55,764 bases of DNA from Candidatus Moranbacteria bacterium RIFOXYA12_FULL_35_19 (GTDB lineage: Bacteria; Patescibacteriota; Minisyncoccia; Moranbacterales; UBA2206), in NCBI GenBank assembly GCA_001784805.1, contig MFSE01000013.1, forward strand, positions 1 through 55,764. Reading direction: 5' to 3'. The translations under genes and the position numbers were made by a program. The stretch's first letter is position 1. Each line of letters starts with the position of its first letter. This document shows, one piece after another, positions 38,971 through 48,149 of the stretch. The notes under the pieces are model-generated. The model was not told where the DNA came from. It was given only the letters and a program-made list of their open reading frames with translations, and searched no databases.

Positions 38971-41421
38971 TTACAGAACTGTTGAAGCCGAAACTTTGTC
39001 ACCAGTTTGCGGGCGCATAACGCGCACGCCTTGGGTGGCTCGGCCGAGAACGGAAACGGAAGAAAGGGGAATGCGGATGATTTGGCCTTTTTCGGAAGTG
39101 AGAATTAGATCAGTATCAAGCGCATCCATATTGATGATAGTGGCACCGATAATTTTTCCGGTTTTGGAAGTGACCGAGGCAGTTTTTATTCCGGAACCAC
39201 CGCGCTTTTGGACTTTGTAATATTTCAAATCTGATCTTTTTCCAAAACCATTTTCCGAAATTGTGAGAAGTTGGTTGCCTTTTTGATTTTTGAAAACTAC
39301 ATCCATTCCCACAACAGCGTCATCTTTTTTGAGTTTGATTCCACGCACTCCGGCTGCGTTTCGTCCCATTGAACGAACATCCGATTCGCGAAAACGGATC
39401 GCTTGACCATTTCTTGTGGTGATAACTATTTCATCTGTTCCCGTAGTCGCATCCACCCAACCAAGCGTATCACCTTTTTCCAATTTTATCGCAATGAGTC
39501 CTGAACGACGAACATTTTCAAATTCATCCAAAGTAGTTTTCTTGACCGTGCCCATTGCTGTCGTCATTAGAAGATATTTATAAGCATCATCTTTATTGAA
39601 AGCGATGATAGCTGTGACAGATTCTTCTTGAGAAAGAGAAAGGAAATTGACAATCGATTGACCCTTGGCAATGCGAGTCGATTCCGGAATTTCATAGGCT
39701 TTAGTTTGAAAAACTTTTCCAGAATTTGTGAAAAATAAAAGATTGTCGTGCGTCATCACGCCTAACATTTTTTGAATTTCATCGCCTTCGCGCGTTGTCG
39801 CCCCAATCACTCCTTTGCCTCCGCGTTTTTGAACTTTGTAGGCACTCGGATTCATTCTTTTGACATAACCATCTTTGGAAAGAGTGATGATGGCTTCTTC
39901 ATTAGGCACTAAATCTTCTTGCCGAAATTCTCCCACACCAGATTTTATCACTTTGGTTCTTCTTTCATCACCATATTTTTCTTTAACACGAGCTAATTCA
40001 TCTTTGATAATAGAAAATATTTTTTTCTCGCTTTTTAGAATGGCTTCAAGCTGGGCAATCAGTTTTATTTTTTCTGCTAATTCGTCTTCAATTTTCTTTC
40101 GTTCCAATCCGGCCAAAGTTTGCAATTTCATTTCCAAAATAGCCGTGGCTTGCTTTTCTGACAGTTTGAATTTTTTCATCAAATTCTTATGCGCCTCTTC
40201 TTTAGTAGGAGATTTTTTGATTGTTTCAATTACCGCGTCAATATGATCTAGCGCAATTTTCAATCCTTCCAAAATATGCGCTCGATCCCGCGCTTTTTCT
40301 AAATCAAATTTAGTTCTACGAATTATTACAATTTTTCGATGTGCCACATATTCTTCCAAGATTGTTTTTAGATTCAAAACTTTTGGCTCAATACCATTGA
40401 CTAATGCCAGCATATTGACCCCGAAATTTTTCTGCAGATCAGTGAGAGAATAAAGTTTATTCAAAACTTTTTGCGGATAGGCATCCTTTTTCAAATCCAC
40501 CACGATTCGCACACCTTCCTTGTCTGATTCATCGCGTAAATCTTTTATGCCAACAATTTTTCCATCGCGAACTAAATTGGCCATAGTTTCAATTAGCGTG
40601 GCCTTGTTGGTAGCATAAGTTATTTCGCTAATTACTATTTGAAAAGTTCCAGTTTTGCTTTCTACAATATCCGCTTTGCCCCGCGTCAAAATTTTTCCGC
40701 GACCGGTTTTATACGCTTCGACAATATCCTTTTTATTGTAAATTATTCCACCCGTTGGAAAATCCGGTCCTTTGATAAATTCTGAAAGTTCTTCAATAGA
40801 AATTTCCGGATTATCAATCAAACCATTTATGCCGTCTACCAATTCAGAAAGATTGTGTGGAGGAATGTTAGTTGCCATTCCCACGGCAATTCCCATTGAA
40901 CCGTTTAATAATAATTGCGGAAGTCCAGCGGGAAGCACTGTTGGTTCTTTGTGTTGGCCGTCAAAATTAGGCACAAAATCCACTGTATTTTTTTCAATGT
41001 CAATTAGCATTTCTTCTGCCATTTGGGAAAGTTTAGCTTCCGTATAACGATAAGCCGCCGCGCCGTCGCCGTCCATTGAACCAAAGTTTCCTTGACCTTT
41101 GACCATTGGATAGCGCAAAGAAAAATCTTGCGCCATACGCACCATCGAATCATAAACGGCCACATCGCCATGTGGATGATATTTCCCGAGTACTTCTCCC
41201 ACCACAGTGGCTGATTTTCGAAATTTGGCGCTGGCACGAAGACCTGACTGCCACATTGAATAGAGAATTCGACGATGCACCGGTTTCAATCCATCGCGAA
41301 CATCAGGCAAAGCTCGCGAAACAATCACGCTCATCGCATAATCCAAATAGGATTGCTGAATTTCTAAAGTAATCTCTCTTGATTGAATATTTTTATCTAT
41401 ATTATTTATTTCTTCTGGCAT
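38971..41421 (-). CDS. gyrA: DNA gyrase subunit A
   Basis: [26 protein letters not shown] and GyrA-box QKRGGKG. Confidence 0.97.
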   Translation of the reverse strand: MPEEINNIDKNIQSREITLEIQQSYLDYAMSVIVSRALPDVRDGLKPVHRRILYSMWQSGLRASAKFRKSATVVGEVLGKYHPHGDVAVYDSMVRMAQDFSLRYPMVKGQGNFGSMDGDGAAAYRYTEAKLSQMAEEMLIDIEKNTVDFVPNFDGQHKEPTVLPAGLPQLLLNGSMGIAVGMATNIPPHNLSELVDGINGLIDNPEISIEELSEFIKGPDFPTGGIIYNKKDIVEAYKTGRGKILTRGKADIVESKTGTFQIVISEITYATNKATLIETMANLVRDGKIVGIKDLRDESDKEGVRIVVDLKKDAYPQKVLNKLYSLTDLQKNFGVNMLALVNGIEPKVLNLKTILEEYVAHRKIVIIRRTKFDLEKARDRAHILEGLKIALDHIDAVIETIKKSPTKEEAHKNLMKKFKLSEKQATAILEMKLQTLAGLERKKIEDELAEKIKLIAQLEAILKSEKKIFSIIKDELARVKEKYGDERRTKVIKSGVGEFRQEDLVPNEEAIITLSKDGYVKRMNPSAYKVQKRGGKGVIGATTREGDEIQKMLGVMTHDNLLFFTNSGKVFQTKAYEIPESTRIAKGQSIVNFLSLSQEESVTAIIAFNKDDAYKYLLMTTAMGTVKKTTLDEFENVRRSGLIAIKLEKGDTLGWVDATTGTDEIVITTRNGQAIRFRESDVRSMGRNAAGVRGIKLKKDDAVVGMDVVFKNQKGNQLLTISENGFGKRSDLKYYKVQKRGGSGIKTASVTSKTGKIIGATIINMDALDTDLILTSEKGQIIRIPLSSVSVLGRATQGVRVMRPQTGDKVSASTVL

Positions 41422-41452
41422 ATTATTTTTATAAGGCACTAAAAAATTAAAC

Positions 41453-41713
41453 TTATTTTTCTAATAAACTTTTCATTTGCTTGGTTGCGTCTTGAATAGA
41501 TTCCTTTTGAACGCTCAAATCTTCTATCACTTGGCTATTTAAAATATTTTCTTTTTCCAAATCATCCGTATTTTCAAATTGAGCAGAAAAAGAAATCATC
41601 CAAATTATCAAAATAAAAACCATTCCAAAAGCCGTGAGTCCCCATGCCCAACGCAAGCGGACATGTTCCGGCTGTCTTCTAATTTCTTCTATTTTATCAA
41701 ATATATTCATCAT
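41453..41713 (-). CDS. Small membrane protein
   Basis: One TM helix; upstream of gyrA. Confidence 0.7.
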   Translation of the reverse strand: MMNIFDKIEEIRRQPEHVRLRWAWGLTAFGMVFILIIWMISFSAQFENTDDLEKENILNSQVIEDLSVQKESIQDATKQMKSLLEK

Positions 41714-42174
41714 TTACGAACTACGAAATGAGCGAAATACGAAAATTAATCTAAATTTACTACTCTTTTGTATCTCACGCCTTCGCTAGTAAAAGTAATT
41801 ATTATACCTAATCTTAGATTTGTAGCTTTGAGATATTTATACAATTGATTAATATCCTTACTAGAAATAAAATTTCTTTGTTTTATTTCTAAAATAATTT
41901 TATTAAATATTAGAAAATCAAAAATATAAATTCCTAAATCTTCTTCTTTATATTTAACTTTATACCTTAATTGTTCTTTAAATTCAAAACCATTATCCGT
42001 GAACTCTTTAGCTAGAGCTTTTTGAAAAAAATTCTCTTTATGCCCAAATCCTAATTTCTTAAATACTCTAAAAACCACTCCCATTATTCGATAACATTCT
42101 TCGGCATATATTAAATTCTTTTTTGTTTTCATTTTTTATTTTTCGTAATTTCGTATTTTTTCGTAGTTCGTAAA
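41713..42174 (-). mobile_element. TIR-bounded GxxExxY cassette
   Basis: TTTACGAACTACGAAA (41713-41728) and TTTCGTAGTTCGTAAA (42159-42174), with internal TACGAAA units. Confidence 0.7.
41746..42132 (-). CDS. GxxExxY protein (PD-(D/E)XK nuclease-like)
   Basis: LGFGHKENFFQKAL, FDFLIFNKIILEIK, QLYKYLKATNLRLGIIITF. Confidence 0.88.
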   Translation of the reverse strand: MKTKKNLIYAEECYRIMGVVFRVFKKLGFGHKENFFQKALAKEFTDNGFEFKEQLRYKVKYKEEDLGIYIFDFLIFNKIILEIKQRNFISSKDINQLYKYLKATNLRLGIIITFTSEGVRYKRVVNLD

Positions 42175-42183
42175 TTTTAAATT

Positions 42184-42846
42184 TTATTCGATGTCCATAA
42201 TCACAACTGACATTTCTTTTTCTTCTAGGTCTTTCTTTTTTATGTTAATTTTAGAAACTTTTTCTTTGGGACAACTGCCAATTTCACTACAAAATTTCTT
42301 TTCGTCATCAACCTCAACTGTTGAGCCTTTTATCTTATAATGCATTGGAATAATCATTTTTGGTTCAATTTTTTTGATTATATCCACTGCCTTTTCTCCG
42401 TCAATCGTATAATTTCTTCCGCCAATCGGTACCATTAAAATATCAATGCCGTTTATTTTTTCCAATTGTTTTTCTGATAAATCAGTTCCCAAATCGCCCA
42501 AATGGCAAACTCGCAAATCTTCCGATTCTAAAACAAAAATAGTATTCGTTCCGCGTTCCGTGCCTTCTTTGTTATCATGAAAAGAAGTAATTCCAATAAC
42601 ATTGACGCCCTTGGCGCTATATTCCCCTGGGATATCAATCACATACGGCTCGCCTTTAAGCGCAGAAACATTATTATGATCAGCGTGATTGTGACTTACC
42701 AAAACTAAATCCGCTTGTCCTTGCGGAGGACGAAGACCGACTGACTTGTCAAACGGATCAAAAAAAACCACCACATCTTCCCGCCCGCGCCCCGCTGGCT
42801 TGGTAGTGATCTTAAAGCAAGAATGGCCATAATATTGAATAAGCAT
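42184..42846 (-). CDS. Metallo-beta-lactamase fold hydrolase
   Basis: YGHSCF, SHNHADH, HLGDLG, IPMHY. Confidence 0.9.
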   Translation of the reverse strand: MLIQYYGHSCFKITTKPAGRGREDVVVFFDPFDKSVGLRPPQGQADLVLVSHNHADHNNVSALKGEPYVIDIPGEYSAKGVNVIGITSFHDNKEGTERGTNTIFVLESEDLRVCHLGDLGTDLSEKQLEKINGIDILMVPIGGRNYTIDGEKAVDIIKKIEPKMIIPMHYKIKGSTVEVDDEKKFCSEIGSCPKEKVSKINIKKKDLEEKEMSVVIMDIE

Positions 42847-42850
42847 AGGT

Positions 42851-42938
42851 GAGTTGAAAGTTTGTAAAGTATAAAGTCTATAAAGCTACTTGAATAACTT
42901 TATGAACTTTATTAACTTTATAAACTTTATAAACTTTT
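42851..42938. repeat. Inverted array of TAAAGTT/AACTTTA units
   Basis: Same family as 18235-18323. Confidence 0.7.
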
Positions 42939-43083
42939 TTAACTATTCTAGTCTAGCATCTAAAAAGACACTTGTCGAGGTTGCTTTTTGTAAAATTATG
43001 CGCTAGGATTTCGAGAAAGGAGAAAATAGGGAGAATTGAACATTAACAGCTTAATACTACTGATTAACATAAGGGAGAATTAA

Positions 43084-43290
43084 ATGGAAAAACAACAAAA
43101 GAAAACCACTAGGCAGGAACAATTAGGAATAATGCTTGCTGATAGCATTATTGAAGTTGCTCATCAAACTTATAATGCTTCTAGAGGAAAAGCAATAATA
43201 GAAGCATGCATAAAAAGACTCCAAGAAAGAATGCCAGAAATCCAACCAAAAAAAGCTACTCTGCAATACAAGAAAGCGCGCTATGGCTAA
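43084..43290 (+). CDS. Orphan small protein
   Basis: SD AAGGGAG, boxA-like leader. Confidence 0.65.
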   Translation: MEKQQKKTTRQEQLGIMLADSIIEVAHQTYNASRGKAIIEACIKRLQERMPEIQPKKATLQYKKARYG

Positions 43291-43321
43291 AATTACCTCA
43301 TAACTTTAAAGGAGACGAATC

Positions 43322-43657
43322 ATGAAAAAACCGGCAATCATGGTAAGATTGGGAGTAACCACCCACAAAAAACTGGTCGAATTGATTAAAAAAAATGCAG
43401 GAGGAGGACGGGAAATCAGTATACTTAAACATACTAATGATACCACCCTCATTATCATCACAAACTATTATCATAAACCGGCGCTTCGAGAGACCATCTG
43501 CGTAAAAGATACTATTATTTACGCATCAGAGATGATTGGCTTTCTTACTAATCTCTTGCTCAAAGCTAATCTGGCATTCGTTTATGAGCCAGAGCTTGAG
43601 ATGCAGGATTATCTTCAAGAACTGATCCGGAATTTCACTTTAAATCGTCAGCCTTAA
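43322..43657 (+). CDS. Orphan protein
   Basis: SD AAGGAG; terminator at about 43685-43720. Confidence 0.65.
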   Translation: MKKPAIMVRLGVTTHKKLVELIKKNAGGGREISILKHTNDTTLIIITNYYHKPALRETICVKDTIIYASEMIGFLTNLLLKANLAFVYEPELEMQDYLQELIRNFTLNRQP

Positions 43658-43856
43658 ATCATCAACAATACATTGCCCTTTTCAAGCTCGGAATGCTACA
43701 CAGCGTTTCGGGCTTTTTTATTTCCCAAATTATTTGACTAATAAGCTAATTAACGCTAATTTAATCTTAGGTAGTTTCCAAGGAGGAAATCAACGATTTG
43801 GGGATTTTTTAAGTAGTTCGTTAACAATTAGAACTTCATACTAAAGGAGGTGCGTT

Positions 43857-44009
43857 ATGAAGTATTGGTGTAAAAAACATAAGAGATCAGTTTCAGCCAA
43901 AAAAGCTAGCACTAAATGTTTATTACACAATGCCCATACTAGGTGCAAGCATCTTGTCAAAAAAAGAGCTTGCAAAAAAAATCTTAGAGATGAAAGGATA
44001 AAATCATGA
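43857..44009 (+). CDS. Small basic Cys/His-rich protein (50 aa, not in ORF track)
   Basis: SD AAGGAGGTG; MKYWCKKH...; ATGA overlap with pyrF. Confidence 0.7.
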   Translation: MKYWCKKHKRSVSAKKASTKCLLHNAHTRCKHLVKKRACKKNLRDERIKS

Positions 44010-44761
44010 AACCTGTAATTATTTTGCCGTATGATGGTTATGAAAGTGCTGAAAAACTCGTGATCAGCTGTGCGAATTTCTTCAAAACAGCTTTTGCCAC
44101 GCAACTCGTAGCCTTTATTAAATTAAATGATGCTCTTCATTTCCGAAAAGTGGGGCCGGAAATATTGGCAATGCTTTCCGAAGTCAAACCTACCAGTGTT
44201 CGATATTTCATTGACCTCAAGATTCCGGATGTTTTACAGACAGACAAAAATATCCTACGTCATTATGTAGAATTCAAGCCGGCAATTGTGACTGTATCAT
44301 CTATTGTCGCCTCCAAATCTCTGATGGCAGTAAAGGAAATTCTTCCGGAAACAAAGATTGCTCTCGTTGACACATTAACTGACATACCAGAAGATGAATG
44401 CCTAAAGCGATACGGTATACCACCGCTCGAAAAAATTTCAAAAGCCCTATCCGATTTCGATGAGCTTCTCAAGAACGATAACCCCATTGAAATGGTGGTC
44501 TGCAGTCCACGGGAAACCAAAGAACTTAAAAGGCGTTTCTCACAATATGAATTTGTTAACGCCGGAATACGAAGTCGTCATATGGCCAAAGATCATCAGG
44601 AAAGAATAACCAGTGCATACGATGCATTAAAAAACGGCGCCGATTGGCTTGTGATGGGAACCCAAATCGAAAAAGGCAATCCCAAGGGTGGCATTTCTCC
44701 GGAAGAAAGCCAAAAAATTACACTGGAAGAAATTGAACAGTACTTTAAGGAAAAATTATAA
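44006..44761 (+). CDS. pyrF: Orotidine-5'-phosphate decarboxylase
   Basis: DLKIPDV active-site motif, NAGIR, DHQERI, GADWLVMG. Confidence 0.85.
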   Translation: MKPVIILPYDGYESAEKLVISCANFFKTAFATQLVAFIKLNDALHFRKVGPEILAMLSEVKPTSVRYFIDLKIPDVLQTDKNILRHYVEFKPAIVTVSSIVASKSLMAVKEILPETKIALVDTLTDIPEDECLKRYGIPPLEKISKALSDFDELLKNDNPIEMVVCSPRETKELKRRFSQYEFVNAGIRSRHMAKDHQERITSAYDALKNGADWLVMGTQIEKGNPKGGISPEESQKITLEEIEQYFKEKL

Positions 44762-44997
44762 ACCATATCATACAACGATTATATCCAACCAGCGCCCTCA
44801 CAAAAGGAGGAGAAATGCGCTGGTTTTTTTATACCCCAAAATTTGACACAATCCTAATTCTAAACTACAATGACTTTACGGTTAATTATTAAGAAAAATG
44901 AATAGGGGATGGTTTAATCCCTGTTTATACCCAGCTTAGGCTGTGGATAAAGTCTTAATAATTTCCTTTAATTGAGGGAATTTTTATTTTTTTAATC

Positions 44998-45084
44998 TTT
45001 ACGAACTACGAAATGACCGAAATACGAAACATTTAAAATACCTTTCGTACTTTCGTATTTAGTATTTATTTCGTAGTTCGTAAA
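44998..45084. mobile_element. Non-autonomous (empty) copy of the GxxExxY cassette
   Basis: Same 16-bp TIRs; left 32 bp differ at one position from 41713-41744. Confidence 0.8.
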
Positions 45085-45093
45085 CAAAATATT

Positions 45094-46479
45094 ATGTCAG
45101 ACATTTTAGACAATCTTGCCAAAGAAGTTGATAAAATTTCGCAAGAAGAAGTAAATTTAAACAAAAAAAACTCTAATAAAGAAACTCTACCGGCTGATTT
45201 GCCGGAAGATGATTCTTTGATGAGCCAGTTAATGGCGAAAAGTTCTCTAAAATTTCCAGAAGTAGGCGACACAACCTCTGGAAAAGTTATTTTTGTTTCT
45301 TCTAATGAAATATATCTCGATCTTAACCCTTTTGGAACAGGCGTAGTGCTTGGAAAAGAGATAAAAGACGGACTGGGAACAGGTAAACTTAAAATCGGAG
45401 ATACTGTAAATGCTACTATCATTGATACAGAAAATGAAGATGGCTATATTGAACTTTCTATTCGAGAAGCTTCTTGTGAAAAAGCTTGGGATGATTTGGA
45501 AAGCAAACGCGACACCCAAGAAAAAGTTTTCGTTAAGGTTCTTAGCGCTAACAAAGGTGGTCTTTTAGCTGAAGTCAATGGCATTTCTGGTTTTTTGCCA
45601 GTTTCACAATTATCCAGCAAAAATTATCCGCGAGTGGAAGATGGCGATAAAAATAAAATTCTCAATTTACTCAAAAAATTAATTGGCCAAGAATTGGAAG
45701 TGCGCATAATTGATGCCAACCGAGAATCAGAAAAACTTATCGTGAGCGAAAAAGCGGCTCAAAGTGAACGCGATATGGAAGTTATTTCCGCTTTAAATGT
45801 CGGCGACACAGTGAGTGGAGAAATTAGTGGGGTAGTTGATTTTGGTGCTTTTCTTAAATTTTCTCTCAAAGAAAATGAAGGAGAAAGAAAGTTGGAAGGT
45901 TTAGTACATATTTCAGAATTAGCTTGGCAGTTGATTGAAGATCCACGAACAATTGTAAAAGTTGGCGATAAAGTCAAAGCAAAAATAATTGCTATCGATG
46001 GAGACAAGATTTCCCTTTCCATCCGCGCTCTGCAAGAAGATCCTTGGTCTGAAATTTCCGCTAAATATAAAAAAGGTGATCTAGTTATAGGAACAGTCAA
46101 CAAAATAAATCACTTTGGAGCATTTGTCTATCTAGACAAAGACATTCATGGCTTGGCGCATATTAGCGAGATGTCAGAAATGTATCCTGGCAAAAGTTTG
46201 AATGAATTAATAAAAGTTGGAGAAAAATATAATTGGGAAATTCTTTCTATCGAACCAAAAGAACATCGGATGGGACTTGTGCTAGCGAAGGATAAAAAGA
46301 AACAGAAAAATACAGAAGAAAAACAGAATGACACAGAGGTTAAGGAAGTGAAAGAAAAAAAGGAGAAAGTAGAAAAGTCCGCCTCTGCTAAAGCTACGGC
46401 GGATAAGAAAGAAGTTAAGAGTAAAGCTAAAAAGAAACCAGCCTCCGCAAAAGCTACGGCTGGCAAGGAAGAAAAATAA
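45094..46479 (+). CDS. rpsA: 30S ribosomal protein S1
   Basis: Four S1 domains: NKGGL, GFLPVSQL, DFGAF, EGLVHISEL. Confidence 0.92.
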   Translation: MSDILDNLAKEVDKISQEEVNLNKKNSNKETLPADLPEDDSLMSQLMAKSSLKFPEVGDTTSGKVIFVSSNEIYLDLNPFGTGVVLGKEIKDGLGTGKLKIGDTVNATIIDTENEDGYIELSIREASCEKAWDDLESKRDTQEKVFVKVLSANKGGLLAEVNGISGFLPVSQLSSKNYPRVEDGDKNKILNLLKKLIGQELEVRIIDANRESEKLIVSEKAAQSERDMEVISALNVGDTVSGEISGVVDFGAFLKFSLKENEGERKLEGLVHISELAWQLIEDPRTIVKVGDKVKAKIIAIDGDKISLSIRALQEDPWSEISAKYKKGDLVIGTVNKINHFGAFVYLDKDIHGLAHISEMSEMYPGKSLNELIKVGEKYNWEILSIEPKEHRMGLVLAKDKKKQKNTEEKQNDTEVKEVKEKKEKVEKSASAKATADKKEVKSKAKKKPASAKATAGKEEK

Positions 46480-46489
46480 AAACATTTTT

Positions 46490-47053
46490 ATGTCTAATAT
46501 TTTTATTATTTCCGGACCATCAGGCGCCGGAGAAGATAGCGTGATTGAAGGATTGAAAAAATATTTTGAAATTGAAAGAATAATCACAACAACAACTAGA
46601 CAAATGCGTTCGGGAGAATCTCAAGGACATCCTTATTATTTCATTTCGAAAGAAGAATTTATTACTAAACGCGACAAAGGAGAATTTGTTGAATGGGCCG
46701 AGCAGTATAATGGAAATTTTTATGGCGTTTCAAAAGAAGAAATTGAAAGGGTTAAAAATTCAGGGAAAATCGGAACTTGGAAGATTGAATGGAAAGGAGT
46801 TATCACCGCTAAAAAAATATATCCAGAAATAAAAGCAATTTTTATTACCGTTCCAGACTTAAAAATTCTTGAAGACAGGATTCGCCGACGCGATGGAGTT
46901 TCGGATGAATATATAAAAGAAAGAATGGAATATACGAAAGAATGGATGAAGCACGAAGATATTTATGATTATAAGGTCGTAAACGAAGAAGGCAAACTCG
47001 ACGAAACGGTTCAAAAAGTGGCGGAAATTATAAAAGAAAATTTACATATCTAG
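46490..47053 (+). CDS. gmk: Guanylate kinase
   Basis: SGPSGAG, TTRQMRSGE, YYFIS, GNFYG. Confidence 0.9.
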   Translation: MSNIFIISGPSGAGEDSVIEGLKKYFEIERIITTTTRQMRSGESQGHPYYFISKEEFITKRDKGEFVEWAEQYNGNFYGVSKEEIERVKNSGKIGTWKIEWKGVITAKKIYPEIKAIFITVPDLKILEDRIRRRDGVSDEYIKERMEYTKEWMKHEDIYDYKVVNEEGKLDETVQKVAEIIKENLHI

Positions 47054-47102
47054 ACTCTAAGTGTCTAGAAAAGTTTAAGCGCCGTTAGACACTTAGAGTC
47101 TA
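47051..47102. repeat. 17-bp inverted repeat hairpin
   Basis: TAGACTCTAAGTGTCTA / TAGACACTTAGAGTCTA. Confidence 0.65.
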
Positions 47103-47117
47103 AGCGACAAAATTTAG

Positions 47118-48083
47118 ATGTCTAACTTAATCAAAAAAGTTCAGAATATAATCTTTCAAAATAATCTCTTTGACCGCGGAGCAAAAATAATTTTGGCGGT
47201 TTCTGGCGGACCAGACAGTGTTTGCATGCTTGATATTTTTTCGCGTCTACAAAAAAAATATTCACTAGAACTTATTATCGCGCATGTGAATTATAATTTG
47301 CGTGGAAATGATAGTAAAAAAGATGCCGAATTCGTGCAGAAATTAGCGGAAAAATATAATCTAGAAATTTTTGCTTTGGATTTGGTAGAGACGAGGCATG
47401 CCTCGTCTCTACGCGACGGGAAAAATATTTCGGAAAATTATCTGCGCGAAATTCGTTATGATTTTTTTGAAAAACTTCGCATGGAAAATAATTTTGATGC
47501 TATCGCTGTCGCACATAACGCCGATGATCAAGTAGAAACATTTTTAATGCGCATTATTCGTGGCAGTGGAATGTCAGGACTTTCTGCGATGAAATTTAAG
47601 AATGAAAAAATAATTCGACCGTTGCTTTCAATTAGTCGCCAAGAAATTTTGCAGTATTTGAAAATCAACAAGCTGAAATATCGCACAGATAAAACGAATG
47701 CACAGAATTTATTTCTTAGAAACAAGATTCGAAACAACCTTATTCCGCTTTTGGAAAAAAATTTCAATTCTAAAATCAAAGAAACTATTTTTGATTCTTT
47801 GATTTCAATTTCGCAGGATTCCGATTATCTTGAAAAGACTGCTCTAAAAAATTCAAATAGTTTAGAAATCAAAAAACTAGAAAAACTACATCCGGCAATT
47901 CTTCGAAGAGTCTTACGCAATAATTTAAAAAACATAAAAGGAGATTTGAAAAATATCAGTGCTAATAGCATTGAAGAAATCATAAAAATCATAAAAAGCA
48001 CGAAAAACAAAACCCAAACTGTAATAATGTTAGGGTTGAAAATTATTCGAAAGAATGATAAAATCGTAATTAGTAAATTGTAA
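47118..48083 (+). CDS. tilS: tRNA(Ile)-lysidine synthetase
   Basis: AVSGGPDS, AHNADDQVET, IIRPLL, RNKIR; upstream of ftsH. Confidence 0.95.
   Translation: MSNLIKKVQNIIFQNNLFDRGAKIILAVSGGPDSVCMLDIFSRLQKKYSLELIIAHVNYNLRGNDSKKDAEFVQKLAEKYNLEIFALDLVETRHASSLRDGKNISENYLREIRYDFFEKLRMENNFDAIAVAHNADDQVETFLMRIIRGSGMSGLSAMKFKNEKIIRPLLSISRQEILQYLKINKLKYRTDKTNAQNLFLRNKIRNNLIPLLEKNFNSKIKETIFDSLISISQDSDYLEKTALKNSNSLEIKKLEKLHPAILRRVLRNNLKNIKGDLKNISANSIEEIIKIIKSTKNKTQTVIMLGLKIIRKNDKIVISKL
47385..47412. repeat. GTAG-type REP palindrome inside tilS
   Basis: Perfect 28-bp palindrome GTAGAGACGAGGCATGCCTCGTCTCTAC. Confidence 0.8.
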
Positions 48084-48149
48084 ATCGTAATTTGGAATAA
48101 TTCGAACTTTCGTATTTTCGTAATTTCGTTTTATTCGTAGTTCGTAATT

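Noticed and set aside
35485..44950. oriC inside the window
   Set aside because: Only isolated perfect DnaA boxes (35485, 44942), no dense cluster and no dnaA; parS suggests proximity only.
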